Positions 31,082 through 42,100 of a stretch of DNA of 64,000 nucleotides are shown piece by piece. The position numbers and the translations under genes are program-made. The notes below the pieces were generated by a model, which saw only the letters and a list, made by a program, of their open reading frames with translations, was not told the DNA's origin and made no database searches. Location: NCBI GenBank assembly GCA_051599415.1, contig AP039690.1:310001-374000 (forward strand), read 5' to 3'. This DNA is from Savitreella phatthalungensis (taxonomy: Eukaryota). Positions within the stretch are counted from its first letter, which is position 1. Each line of letters begins with the position of its first letter.

Positions 31082-32017
31082 CTAGAAACCAAGCATCAGA
31101 GAAGGAAGATGCGCATGACAAAGACTGCACATGCAGCGACTCGGTTCGTGATGCCAAAACGCCGTCGGGTCGTTGATAGTCTGATGATTCGAGTGGAATA
31201 TATGCTGACCGTGGAAAGTAGTGGCCGAAAGCGAGACGCTCGAACGAGGCGATCCAATATGCTCGTACCAGTGAAATCTGGCATCACCGAAGTGATGCTC
31301 ACTCAAGGAAAAGATTGGTGAAGGGTGACTAGTGACCGGAGTCATGTAGCCATGGCTGGGATAAAATTGCGTGCCGTCAAGCAGTCGTTGTGCGGCGATG
31401 GCGAACGTATCTATTCGCTCTGGCCGATGCTGTGCGTGCGCGACGAAGCCGTTCCACAGCTTGCGCCAGCCTGCATGCTTAGATTCACCGTCGATGGTTT
31501 GGGGTGACAAGGTGAAGCTGATGTCGCGCAACCACTCCAGCTCGAGCTCTGTTATGACGGAGACAGGCAGTCTGGTGACGTCGCTCCACGACTTATTGGT
31601 GAAAGTGTTGTCGTCCAGGAACTTGTTGCTAATGGCAAACATGGAGGTGATTGTCGTGAATGGCGAATTTTCGTCTTCACAAAGCGTGTCAAGCCAGCGA
31701 CGGCCAACTTTACCGACCGAGGCGCGGTGCTGCAAGTAGACGAGGCCCAGCAGAATTGTCGCGAGTGGCAGGCGAGTGGCATGCAGAAGTTGATTGACAA
31801 ACCTGATGAAGCTCAGTGGGGCGGCTCGACGCATGCGACATAGACCGTAAACGTGCAGAGCCAAGAATTCAGACATGATCTCAACATCATAGTCCAAAAA
31901 AGGTTGTACACCTCCACTCGAGTGGCTTTGGACATACTCAGGCGAGGTGCGACTCTGATCCGGCAGGGGGCTAGAGTGCGAAATGCGACAAATCTGTTCG
32001 AAGAGCATCGTTGGCAT
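31082..32017 (-). CDS. Pho85-type cyclin, Clg1/Mug80-like
   Basis: FVNQLLHATRLP.ATILLGL.YL, KFLDDNTFTNKSWSDVT.L..LE.EWL. First ATG at 32017. Confidence 0.88.
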   Translation of the reverse strand: MPTMLFEQICRISHSSPLPDQSRTSPEYVQSHSSGGVQPFLDYDVEIMSEFLALHVYGLCRMRRAAPLSFIRFVNQLLHATRLPLATILLGLVYLQHRASVGKVGRRWLDTLCEDENSPFTTITSMFAISNKFLDDNTFTNKSWSDVTRLPVSVITELELEWLRDISFTLSPQTIDGESKHAGWRKLWNGFVAHAQHRPERIDTFAIAAQRLLDGTQFYPSHGYMTPVTSHPSPIFSLSEHHFGDARFHWYEHIGSPRSSVSLSATTFHGQHIFHSNHQTINDPTAFWHHEPSRCMCSLCHAHLPSLMLGF

Positions 32018-33345
32018 TTCGGGATAGCGGCGATGACGAACAAAGACGACACTCAATCAAGAGGTCGCCTGCGCTTGTTGTCTCGTGATGTTGCTGAGCC
32101 GACTACCGAAGACAACGCTCGCACTGCAGCTTGAGCAACGACTCTTTCGAGACGATAACGCTCTTATGAGCACCGCGTGCTGTTGACAGGGCAGCGCGAA
32201 TGCTTCCTTGACGACGCTGCTTTTCAAGGTTTGACTTCAGCAGGTGACGGGACATGAGCTCGAGGCGGACATCGTCGGCGATGCTCGCGCCCGGGCTAGG
32301 TAGCACAACACGCCGAGTGCACAGGAGCTTCGCATCGTGCCTGCTGGATACTGAAGCTAGACCACGACTGCGAATCGGTAGATGCGGCCGGGCTCGCCGG
32401 TGACAGAAAATCGGCATGCGCTCTCCGTCGTTAGCTGTCAAGCGAGGCCAGCAGCGATATTATTGGGAAAGTTTCGACAAGCGGTCTAGGAATTCTTGTA
32501 ATTCCTCCATGTAATTCAAGCTGGCTGAGGTCAGTTACAGAAGGTAATTGATCTAAAATTTTAACTCACCATCAGGATTTCAATCTCCAGTATATCGCGG
32601 TGAGCACTCAAGCACTGGCCGACATGGTGCCAGATTTGAGCTGCAACATGCAGTCACAACGTCGAGGCTCACGTCAGCGGCTGTTTCCGTTCCTTTCTTT
32701 TCTATTCGAGACAAATAATTGCCTTAATACATAGTAAGCCCATCGAGTCACGTACTAAAGTAGTCAATCGCGGCGATTTCCATATTGATCATGCAAAAAC
32801 GAATATAGTCAGAGAAAGATCTAAGATCGTGGCATGCAACCTCCATGTGTTTGGACGCGTCCGACCAGTCCTAGTCGTGCGTGATATTGAGCCGATATGA
32901 CCAGCAGGTTGACACGGCATTCACAAAGAGCTGGGACTCTGGCTCCATGACATAAGGTGTGTCGATCAAAAAGACCTTTCACGCTTGAGAATGCGTGGGC
33001 AGCATGAAATCGATAATACCAAACATTAGATCCATATTCTATACCCGCAGCCAAGAGGCAGCAATTGCAATTGAGCACGTGCGAACTACCGACATTCGTG
33101 TGAAGGCTCTTCCAATCTCTCTTAGGTGCCCAAATATACCGGATGTCGTCAAATTGTGGAAAGTCAAAGTTGAAGTGGCGAATCCGAGCAAGCTTTATGC
33201 AGGCAAGGTAAGTAGAGCATCTCTAAAGTGAGTGGTGGCTAGTGTCAGATAATCTACATCATGAGCCAGCAAGCTGCTTGACAGAAAATGCCCGACGCAT
33301 GTTGCTGGAACAGACACGTTAGGGCGCAGTCCGACCTGTCGTATG

Positions 33346-36024
33346 TCAAACGATCGCCGTTCCAATTCGTTCGAGCGAGACGACAAATAATGAAAGTAGT
33401 CCAGCAATGACGAAGCGTGAGATAGTGCTGCCAATTTCGAGCCAAGATCCTTCGTCTCGCACTGTCCAGAAGAATGTCAGAGTCAGGCCGTCGCAAATAG
33501 ATAGGACGACCATCGCGACCGCTGACTCACCTAACATCAGTCGGCCGTTCAAAACCGCCAGGTTTACCGATAAGACGACGAATGGGATGAGCAATTTGTA
33601 AAGCAAGAGAATACCCATGGTGAAGGGATCGAAGACAGGTACTAGCCTGTACACAGATTCGAGCGTGAAGCTCGAGACACTTGCAATGTTGCCGGTGCCG
33701 AAGAAGGCTTCTTGCAAAAGGACAAGGAAGACCAGTGCCAGTCTGACTTCGCGAGCCGACATTGACTGCGGCTTGCTTATATTTGCCCTTTGACTGACAG
33801 AGACCTCGAATTGCGTCCAAGCAAGCAGAATGACCCAGAAATTGAGGTAAAAGAGACCTTCGTAGGAGACTGATAAGATGACAAAGCTCGGCGCAAAGGC
33901 CAGGAAGACGCGAACAATGCGCTCGACCTGGTCGACGGGAGAGCCGAAGAAAGGTAGAAACCAGGACAGCAGCATGCACGCCCAGCCACCCAGTCGAAGC
34001 GCCTGGGGCAAGCCCATCTTGGCTGTTAGACAAGCAGACGACTGCCATGTGATTACCGTCGTCAGTATCAGGACGCCAGTCTGAGCCCCAATGATGAATC
34101 CTCCTCCATAGCGCACGGCATAGACCAGGCCGGCGCAAGTCATAAGAAGCCCCCCCGCTATGACGGCCACGATGTTTTCCGTTTGAACTGTCGGTAGCAG
34201 CGTAAAGCAGCTGCAAGTTGTGCAAGAAGCTGTCCACAACCAGATAAGCCAGCGGGACGACTTTATCTTTGAGGCGAAAAAGTGTGGCATACTAGCCATG
34301 AACAACATCAGAATCGTCATTGTCCTGCGATCAACATAAGCAAATGCGAGCGCTTGAGGGGTAAGCAAAGCCAGCAGAGCTAAGCCCAATGATTGTGGTC
34401 GACGCAGTTCAGTCAGGGCTCGCTTCAGAACGCGCACATTGACCGCAACATGGTACCAGAAATACAGGGGCAGCGCCACATAAGCGTAATAGCTGATTGG
34501 CGCTGATCTCTCTGCCAGATATGCTATCAAGGTGATTGCAAGCGTGGCGAAAATGAATTTCGCCTTGGAATCTGTCTCGCGGGGCGCGATCGGCGACTCT
34601 TCTGCGCTGTGCTTGAATGCATACGTTCGCAAAACGTGTACAGCTGTATAAAGCATCCATCCCAGATAGCCGAAGGTCACCACAGTCCTCAAAAACAGCC
34701 AGTCGTATCGCTGCAAGTATTTCATAGCTCCAAGCGATTCAGCTATCCAGCGCTGGGTCAGGTCGATCGCCTTGACCCAGGCTTCGCTGTTGATCTCTTG
34801 GGATATGAGGCGCTCGAATTCGCAGGAGAAGGCGTATTCCACGAGATTGCTGAAATGGAGCTGTCTGAGCTTACGGAGTCGTTGAGACTCATATTGGGCG
34901 TGTATTTGACGCGCGTTCTGTAAAAGAGCTTGTGCCTGCTCGCTTTCGCTCGCCTCAAGAATATCTAAAGGAAGTGTTCCGGCATTATTCTTTGGAATAT
35001 TCGTGCCAATCAAGTAAGCCATAAGGACAGCGAGGTCAGCCTGCGCAACGTCAGCTCGATGTATTTTCTGCAGAGCTAAGTCCATGCTAAAGGCGGCATC
35101 TCGCTGGTAGTCTGGAGCTTGCCGAGCCGCGCGTATCCCAGCTCCCCATGCGATGTAAGGTGTCTGAGTATTGTCTGGATGCCCGTCACCGTGACTACCC
35201 CAATCACTCATCCCATGATCCGCAGTGAACAGGAAAGCGCTTTCGTCTAGTTCCGCTGGAGTAAAGAAAGCTTGAAGCTGTAGGAGGAGATCCGAAACTC
35301 CTTGATCCACGACCGCAATATTCTCAAGGTATTCGCGGGAGTAAGGTCTGTGAGCATGACCCGCGGTATCTAGACCGAGTAAGTGTAAGAAGAAGATTGT
35401 ACGATCTTGCCGCAGTGCTGTTGCGAGAGCTGAGTCAGTCTGCGCTCTCTCGAACATGTCCTGAACTCTACTGAAAACCCAGGTATCCAGCTTTGTGCTA
35501 TCCTCAGTGAAGTCTTCAGCATGGGCATCGTACATGTAGCACGAGATCTTCTCCTTCGCTGTTGCGCCTTCTTTGAACATCGGGAGGATATCAGGGCTAC
35601 CCCAGGAGTATGTCCGCCGCGACTGATTGAAGACACTGTCAAAGTGCACCGGGTTCAGTTGCCAGCCAGTAGTTACGGCAGAAACATCTTCGTACAATCC
35701 TGCAATGAGGGCAACATGGCCAGGACGTGACTCGGTCGGGACCCGTGTGTGGCTGATGCCATAGCTGCCTTGCTGCGTAGCGATCCCGTGAAGCGTCGGC
35801 GCGAGGGCAGCATTCTGGAAGAGCTTGTCTGCGCGCAAACCATCGCCAACTATCAAGAACAGACGCTTCGCTGGCGGAGCATTTGTTGAGCGAAATTGCT
35901 GCTCGACGGAGACGACCGGAGACTTGAAGTAGATGTCGAAGATTGATCGGAGGTAGATCAAGTGAAAGAGTATACCTACCACCAGAATGGTGGTCCCGCC
36001 GCGTAGCTTTTCAGGACCTGCCAT
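33346..36024 (-). CDS. MCD4: GPI ethanolamine-phosphate transferase 1 (PIG-N)
   Basis: DGLRADK, SHTRVPTESRPGHVA, HLLGLDTAGH, TADHGMSDWGSHGDGHP, AFFGTGNIAS. Confidence 0.97.
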   Translation of the reverse strand: MAGPEKLRGGTTILVVGILFHLIYLRSIFDIYFKSPVVSVEQQFRSTNAPPAKRLFLIVGDGLRADKLFQNAALAPTLHGIATQQGSYGISHTRVPTESRPGHVALIAGLYEDVSAVTTGWQLNPVHFDSVFNQSRRTYSWGSPDILPMFKEGATAKEKISCYMYDAHAEDFTEDSTKLDTWVFSRVQDMFERAQTDSALATALRQDRTIFFLHLLGLDTAGHAHRPYSREYLENIAVVDQGVSDLLLQLQAFFTPAELDESAFLFTADHGMSDWGSHGDGHPDNTQTPYIAWGAGIRAARQAPDYQRDAAFSMDLALQKIHRADVAQADLAVLMAYLIGTNIPKNNAGTLPLDILEASESEQAQALLQNARQIHAQYESQRLRKLRQLHFSNLVEYAFSCEFERLISQEINSEAWVKAIDLTQRWIAESLGAMKYLQRYDWLFLRTVVTFGYLGWMLYTAVHVLRTYAFKHSAEESPIAPRETDSKAKFIFATLAITLIAYLAERSAPISYYAYVALPLYFWYHVAVNVRVLKRALTELRRPQSLGLALLALLTPQALAFAYVDRRTMTILMLFMASMPHFFASKIKSSRWLIWLWTASCTTCSCFTLLPTVQTENIVAVIAGGLLMTCAGLVYAVRYGGGFIIGAQTGVLILTTVITWQSSACLTAKMGLPQALRLGGWACMLLSWFLPFFGSPVDQVERIVRVFLAFAPSFVILSVSYEGLFYLNFWVILLAWTQFEVSVSQRANISKPQSMSAREVRLALVFLVLLQEAFFGTGNIASVSSFTLESVYRLVPVFDPFTMGILLLYKLLIPFVVLSVNLAVLNGRLMLGESAVAMVVLSICDGLTLTFFWTVRDEGSWLEIGSTISRFVIAGLLSLFVVSLERIGTAIV

Positions 36025-36363
36025 AATTTAACAATCTTACAAAGCCTCTGCTCAAGGTTTGGTCATGATCAATGGCTGACGAAGAGCTTGTGATAGTATA
36101 GCCTGCATGACCACAAGCCTTCAAAATGAACAATTGGAACGTTTCCATGTGAAGACTACATTGGACGCGGGATTGAGGGATCAGCCGCAGATCACGATTT
36201 TTGATCCATGTATGAATGCATTTGATTCGCGAATCAAAGCCTGAAGTGCGGTGACGAGCACGACTCATTCACCATTTGATGCGCAGCAACCACATTCTCG
36301 GTCAGGCAGCCTGCCAAAAGCCGGCGATTACATGATGACAGTGTTTGCGAGATTCTTCTAGCG

Positions 36364-38031
36364 ATGGACCCACAAGCGACTTTATTCGCAGCATTCGAAG
36401 CTCTCGCAGGACACAAGACACTGGTGCTAGATCGCTCGTTAAGCAGCACTATATCTTCACTTGTTACATTTCCTCAGCTTCGAGACAAAGGCTTCGAGAG
36501 CGTGAAGTGGCTCGAGCATGGTATTCTCCTTGACGACACTTCTTCCCAGAGAATCGTTGTTCTACTCCGCAGTGTTCCGCGGCAGATTTCGCAGGCTATC
36601 CACTTGGTGAGGGCCAACCGCTCTCGACGCTTCACATTTTTCGTCGTGCCTTGCCCTTCTAGCAGTATCAAGCGCCAGTTGGCGAACTCGGGCATCCAAG
36701 CCGACGTACACATCAAGTCCCTGCCGATCCGCATGATTCAGGACGACGTCGATCACTGGCGGGTCGAAACCGTGGATCGCGAGCCCGATTCACCCATCGT
36801 CAGCATGCCGGAACTTGATACTGCCTGCGATGCCTTGCTAGAATTTGTCAAAGAGAGCGGCACCTTCACGAGAGTGAGAGCCTGCGGTCGCCATGCAACC
36901 CGGTTTGTGGAAATATTCACGCAACGAATCTGCAAAGTCCTGGACGCTCCGCCTGTCAAGTTCGGCGAACTGCTGGTACTCGATCGTTACATTGACTTAA
37001 TCACGCCGATGCTATCCCAATTGACCTATGAAGGTCTTCTCTATGAGACATACGGCGTCCGGGCGGGCGTGCTTGAGCTACCCCCACCGGTGTCGGGCGA
37101 AGAAAGGAAAATCACGCTAGGGCCCGGCGATGGCGTATTCATGGCACTTCGCGGAGAGAACCTTTCAACGGTAGGCGACAGACTTAGCGGCCAAGCCGCT
37201 GTCCTCAGTTCTGAATACGGCGCTCGGCACGATGCAAGGAACACAAAAGAACTGCGAGTATTTGTGCAGAAGCTACCCAATCTGCAGACTTCCGAAAAAT
37301 CTCTCAAAATGCATATAGAGCTGGCCGAACAACTTTATAAGCAGGTCAAAGGAGATGCTTTTCGCGCGGTGTTCTCCGCTGAGCAAAGTCTTTGCTCCGG
37401 TGCTTCAGAATCTGAAATTTTCTCACAAATCGAGCAGCTCGTAGCTCAGCAGATTCCGCTGGATCGCGTGCTCCGTCTAGTGTGCCTTTGGTCCGGAGTA
37501 CACAATGGCCTCAAGCAGAAGGACTATGAAACGCTGGCCAACCAGATCATTCAGGCGTACGGACATTCACACCAACTTACCCTGCATCGTCTCAGGAGGA
37601 TGGGGCTCTTTGTAATTCGTTCCCCGGAGCTAGACAGACGTGGCGGTTGGAGCGGCTTCTCGAGGAGCTGGCAGCTTTACAATGATGAAGTTGGAGAAAA
37701 GTCGCAGGAAGACTTGAGCTACTTGTACTCTGGATACTGCCCTTTGAGTATGCGGATCTTGCAGGCGATTCTGGAGGGTGACTCTGCCAGGCATAAGGAA
37801 ACCTTAAGACGTTTACGTGTTTCGAATGTCGACATGGAACTCAACACAACTTCAACAAAATCAATCCAGTCCGAGCCAGGGAAGATAGCACTCGTATTTC
37901 TTGGCGGATGTACAGCGGCAGAGATGGCAGGGGTTCGATGGCTTGCGCAAAAGCTCAATCGCACAATCGTCATATTCACGACAGGAGTTATCACAGGTTC
38001 GACGCTCCTCAAGACTTACGTGGTCAATTGA
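36364..38031 (+). CDS. VPS33: Sec1/Munc18 family protein Vps33
   Basis: LDR..DLITPMLSQLTYEGLL.E, SL..HIELAE, D.SY.YSGYCPLS.R, VFLGGCT.AE. Confidence 0.9.
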   Translation: MDPQATLFAAFEALAGHKTLVLDRSLSSTISSLVTFPQLRDKGFESVKWLEHGILLDDTSSQRIVVLLRSVPRQISQAIHLVRANRSRRFTFFVVPCPSSSIKRQLANSGIQADVHIKSLPIRMIQDDVDHWRVETVDREPDSPIVSMPELDTACDALLEFVKESGTFTRVRACGRHATRFVEIFTQRICKVLDAPPVKFGELLVLDRYIDLITPMLSQLTYEGLLYETYGVRAGVLELPPPVSGEERKITLGPGDGVFMALRGENLSTVGDRLSGQAAVLSSEYGARHDARNTKELRVFVQKLPNLQTSEKSLKMHIELAEQLYKQVKGDAFRAVFSAEQSLCSGASESEIFSQIEQLVAQQIPLDRVLRLVCLWSGVHNGLKQKDYETLANQIIQAYGHSHQLTLHRLRRMGLFVIRSPELDRRGGWSGFSRSWQLYNDEVGEKSQEDLSYLYSGYCPLSMRILQAILEGDSARHKETLRRLRVSNVDMELNTTSTKSIQSEPGKIALVFLGGCTAAEMAGVRWLAQKLNRTIVIFTTGVITGSTLLKTYVVN

Positions 38032-39164
38032 CCACGCTATCAATGTCGCAATGTTTGCGCATTCGAATCTCGGCAAGTGTTATTCGAGAACGACTTTACG
38101 ATTGTACAACATTAGATGTTGCGTGATTCCGCGAGATATCCTTCTGCTCCGTTGGTGGACATGTAGCAGCTCCGTCTGTAGAGCTCCGTTCTGCTGGAGG
38201 GGCGAGATCAGACCGCTCAGCATATATGCAACTTTGCTGCATCCATCAGGCGACCGCAGGAGCGGACATATAGCTCTCGCTCGTGGTATTGTGGTGTAGA
38301 TTTCATATCAGGGCAACCTCGCAGGAGCTATTTCTTCTCAAGTGGCTTCGGAGATTCCCAATCAGCACAGGACAGCACCCAACTATCATCAAAATCCCTT
38401 GCAGGTCAAATGCTCGATTGTTGGCCTCAATCAAAGTAGACAAATTTTGTGAAATTGTTGACAATTCGCTATTTCAGCCATTTTGCTGTCTGGGGCTATA
38501 CAGGATCTCCCGTCAAGAACTAATCGGGCTTTGGCTATTGTTCCCAATGTAAGCGATCTCATCTCGTTCTCCAAATATACCTTCCAATGTGTTGCCAAAT
38601 CGTGGCCGTCTTGTGCTTCAGACTCGTTTATCGGCAATGTCGACGGGTCAAACGACATCATTCAGTGTCGAACCAGTCTCATGCAATCGGCCCCCAATTA
38701 AAAATTCCGAAGAGGAATTACAGGCGTATCACGGCCCGATCCGACCAGCTGAGCAAAAACAGAATCCGCGTGAAGAAAGATTGCAGGCTGCTATGTGATG
38801 CACGACACGAGACTCCGATATAGGATTCGCTGGCTTCACGACTGAGAGCTGAAGTAGTCGTGACACTGCGCAGCTGCGCGAAGATTTGAGTCCTACCGGG
38901 ACTGCGCAATACACGATTGACAAGCAATCTGAGCTTTCTAAACTGTGACGAGATTTTCAGGGCTGTCGTGAAGACCAGACTTCCCTCGACATTCAGCTGA
39001 AGTCCCCCATCAGGTCCGGCGGATACAGTCTTCAGCAGGATCTTTTCACTTCCCGTCAAAGGGTACGTCGACCAAGACACCTGCGGTCCGTATTGAGGTG
39101 GAGACCAGCGGCTGGAAGCCATGGCATAAACTACTTAGACATTTTGCAGAAAGGGTGCACAACC

Positions 39165-42100
39165 ATGACATCCGCTGAGGTCGTCTCGAACGATAGCGCA
39201 AGCATGCTCGACACTGCTGCGATGCTTGACAATGCACAACTTCGCGATACAGAAGCTTTTATGCGTCAGCTCGAGCACTGTTTTCCTGGCTACAGAGAGT
39301 TTTCCTTTCTTTACGCGTCGAATCAATTGTATGCTTTGCGATGCGCATCATCAGACACCGGTCAACGCATCTTCATCAAAGCAGCGTTCGACTTGTCACA
39401 TCTTGACGCTGTGCAAAAGTTACGAAATGAATGGCGATGCCAGCTTGCTACGTTCGACATTGTGGGAATCAAGAAAGCCTTCGCAATTGGTCCATGTAAT
39501 GATGAGCAAGGACTGGCGCTGTTCTACCACGATGACGGCGAGCTCACAAGTCTTGCTTGGTTCGATCGGACGTCTGTGTCGCCAGACTACCTTAGTCATC
39601 CCGGTCAGAACTCGCATCCAGGACCAGCAGATGTCGACCTCAACAAGTTCATCGATTTTGCCATTGCAATTGTCGCCATTCTGCGACGTTTACATGCTAA
39701 AGGAATGATTCATGGTCAAATTAGCCCAGAGAGCTTAGGAGTGGATTGTGATGGCCGAGCTATGCTTTTCGATCTGAGCTGCTGCACCTTTCTAGAGCGT
39801 GAAGAGTCACAGCCGACGGTCATCGCCACTCGACAGCTGCCATTCATGTCGCCGGAGAGTAGCGGTAGGATCAATCGCACAGTAGATCACCGCAGCGACT
39901 TCTATTCGCTTGGAGTTACATTTTACTACCTTCTCTCTCACCAATTACCATTCACAGGAGCTACTGCACTCGAGCTGATGTACAAACATATCGCGCAACC
40001 TGCCCAGCCTTTGGCGAGGATATCGAACAGCACGCCACCGGCGCTATCAGATATGGTCGAGCTCCTGATGGCAAAATCGCCGGAAGACCGCTACCAGAGC
40101 GCAGACGGCATTCTCAGTGATCTCAAGGTCCTGCAGCGAGCTGCATCTGAGAAGACACTGCTTGTCATCCAGGACTTTGTTCCCGGTACTACCGATACAG
40201 CGTCGCGATTCCGCATCCCTCAGAGGCTTGTCGGTCGTGAAACAGAGGCCAAGCAAATCCGCGACCTGTTTGAAGAGGTTCGTCGTAGCGGTGGATGCAA
40301 GGTCACGATCGTGAAAGGTCCGTCCGGGAGTGGTAAGTCTTCACTTGTTCATGAAATTACTGGAGCGATCCTAGAATCTCGTTCTTTCTACACCAGTGGC
40401 AAGTTCGACCAGTACAGGAGGGGCGTGCCCTTTTTCTCGCTCATTCAGGCCGGCGCTGGATTGGTCCGTCAGGTGCTCTGTGAGGATGACAGACAGCTCA
40501 TCGAGTGGCGGGATTTGATTTTCGAAGCCATCGGAGAGAACATTGCCGTTGTATTTGATGTGCTGCCCGAACTCGAGAAGATGTTCGGTCCAGACTTTGT
40601 GCCGCCGGACGTGCCCGATCTTGGTCCAGTCGAGCGGGAGAAGCGCTTCAGTGATGCATTCATCGAATTTTTGCTGTGCTTTGGACGGCGCGGCGCACCA
40701 CTCGTGCTGTCGATCGATGATGTTCAGTGGGCAAGCGTCGGCGAGTTGAATCTGATTGGCTCCCTGGCAGGACGCGCAGCAATTTCCTCAAACCATGCTC
40801 TGCATCTCTTCATCGCATATCGTGACAACGAGGTCCTGGACGACCATCATACGCATGTCATGCTACGGACCATGCAGGAGACCAATGTCTCGATAGACGT
40901 GGTTGAAATCAACAGCCTGTCTGCACAGCACGTCCGAGAGCTACTGATAGGTACGCTGCGTTACAAGCATGAAAATAGCATGCCTGAGCTCGACACGCTC
41001 GCACAGCTCATCGTTGCAAAAACCGATGGAAATGCGTTCTTCGTGACCCAAATTCTGAAGACTTTTCATGACCGCGGCTTGATCTTTTACAGCTTCGAAC
41101 GCTTCAGATGGGAGTTCGACCTGCCGGCCATCCTGCGAGATAACTTGCCGGTCTCTGTGGTGGACCTGCTGGCCGCACAAATACTTAAATTGAGTGAAGA
41201 TTCACGAAATTGTCTGAAAAGCGCAGCCTGTCTGGGCTCGAATCGCTTCTCCCTTTCCCTCCTCGCCGTTGTCACTCAGCGTAGCGTCAAGAGGGTTGGC
41301 GGAGATCTATGGGAAGCTCTACGAACAGGCCTGATTCTGCCAACCAGTACAGGTTTTGCGACAGCCTCGACGCTTGAGTTGTTCGATCGAAGAAGGACGG
41401 TTGCTCGACGACCATCCTACGAAACAGATAGCCTCAGCGAGAGCACTAGAGGGCTTGCTCTCAGCGTCTCGGAAAGTTCAGTAGGGGATATCGAAGTGAC
41501 CTATCGCTTCCTCCACGACCGTGTCCAGCAGGCCGCTTATCAACTCGTGGCGGAGGCTGACAGGCCTGCAATGCACCTCGAGATTGGCACGCGAATGTAT
41601 AACGCATTTGCCGCTCAGCAAGCGCTCGAAACATACTGCTTCGAGATAGCGGATCAGATCAACCGAGGCATTGATCTAATCACCTCGCCTACTCGGCTTG
41701 CGGCGATCATTGATTTGAATGTCATGGCAGGCAAGCGCGCGTTGCAATCAACAGCATTCGATGCAGCGCTGACCTATCTTTCAACAGCTCGTCATAAAAG
41801 TCCCACCGAATGGTGGAGCTCGAGATTCGAATATCAGCTCGAGATTGCTCTTTTCTACATTGATGCGCTCTATGCTAATCACGACTATGAGGCCGCCGTG
41901 AGGCAGCTCCATGAGCTTAAGGAGCGAGCAAGAAACCCGATGGAACGTGCGCAGATTATGTTCCGCATGATAAATGTCTACATGGGCCTCGACGCAATCA
42001 CCAAGGCCCTGGAAGTTGGGATCGCCGCGCTTGATCTGCTTGATTTCCACGTGCCACTGGACAAGCACAAGGCAAACTCGGCTTTTGAAGAGCTGAGACC

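Noticed and set aside
38100..39122. Short ORFs between VPS33 and the histidine kinase
   Set aside because: Could not join them with convincing splice sites or recognise a domain; a diverged gene is not excluded.
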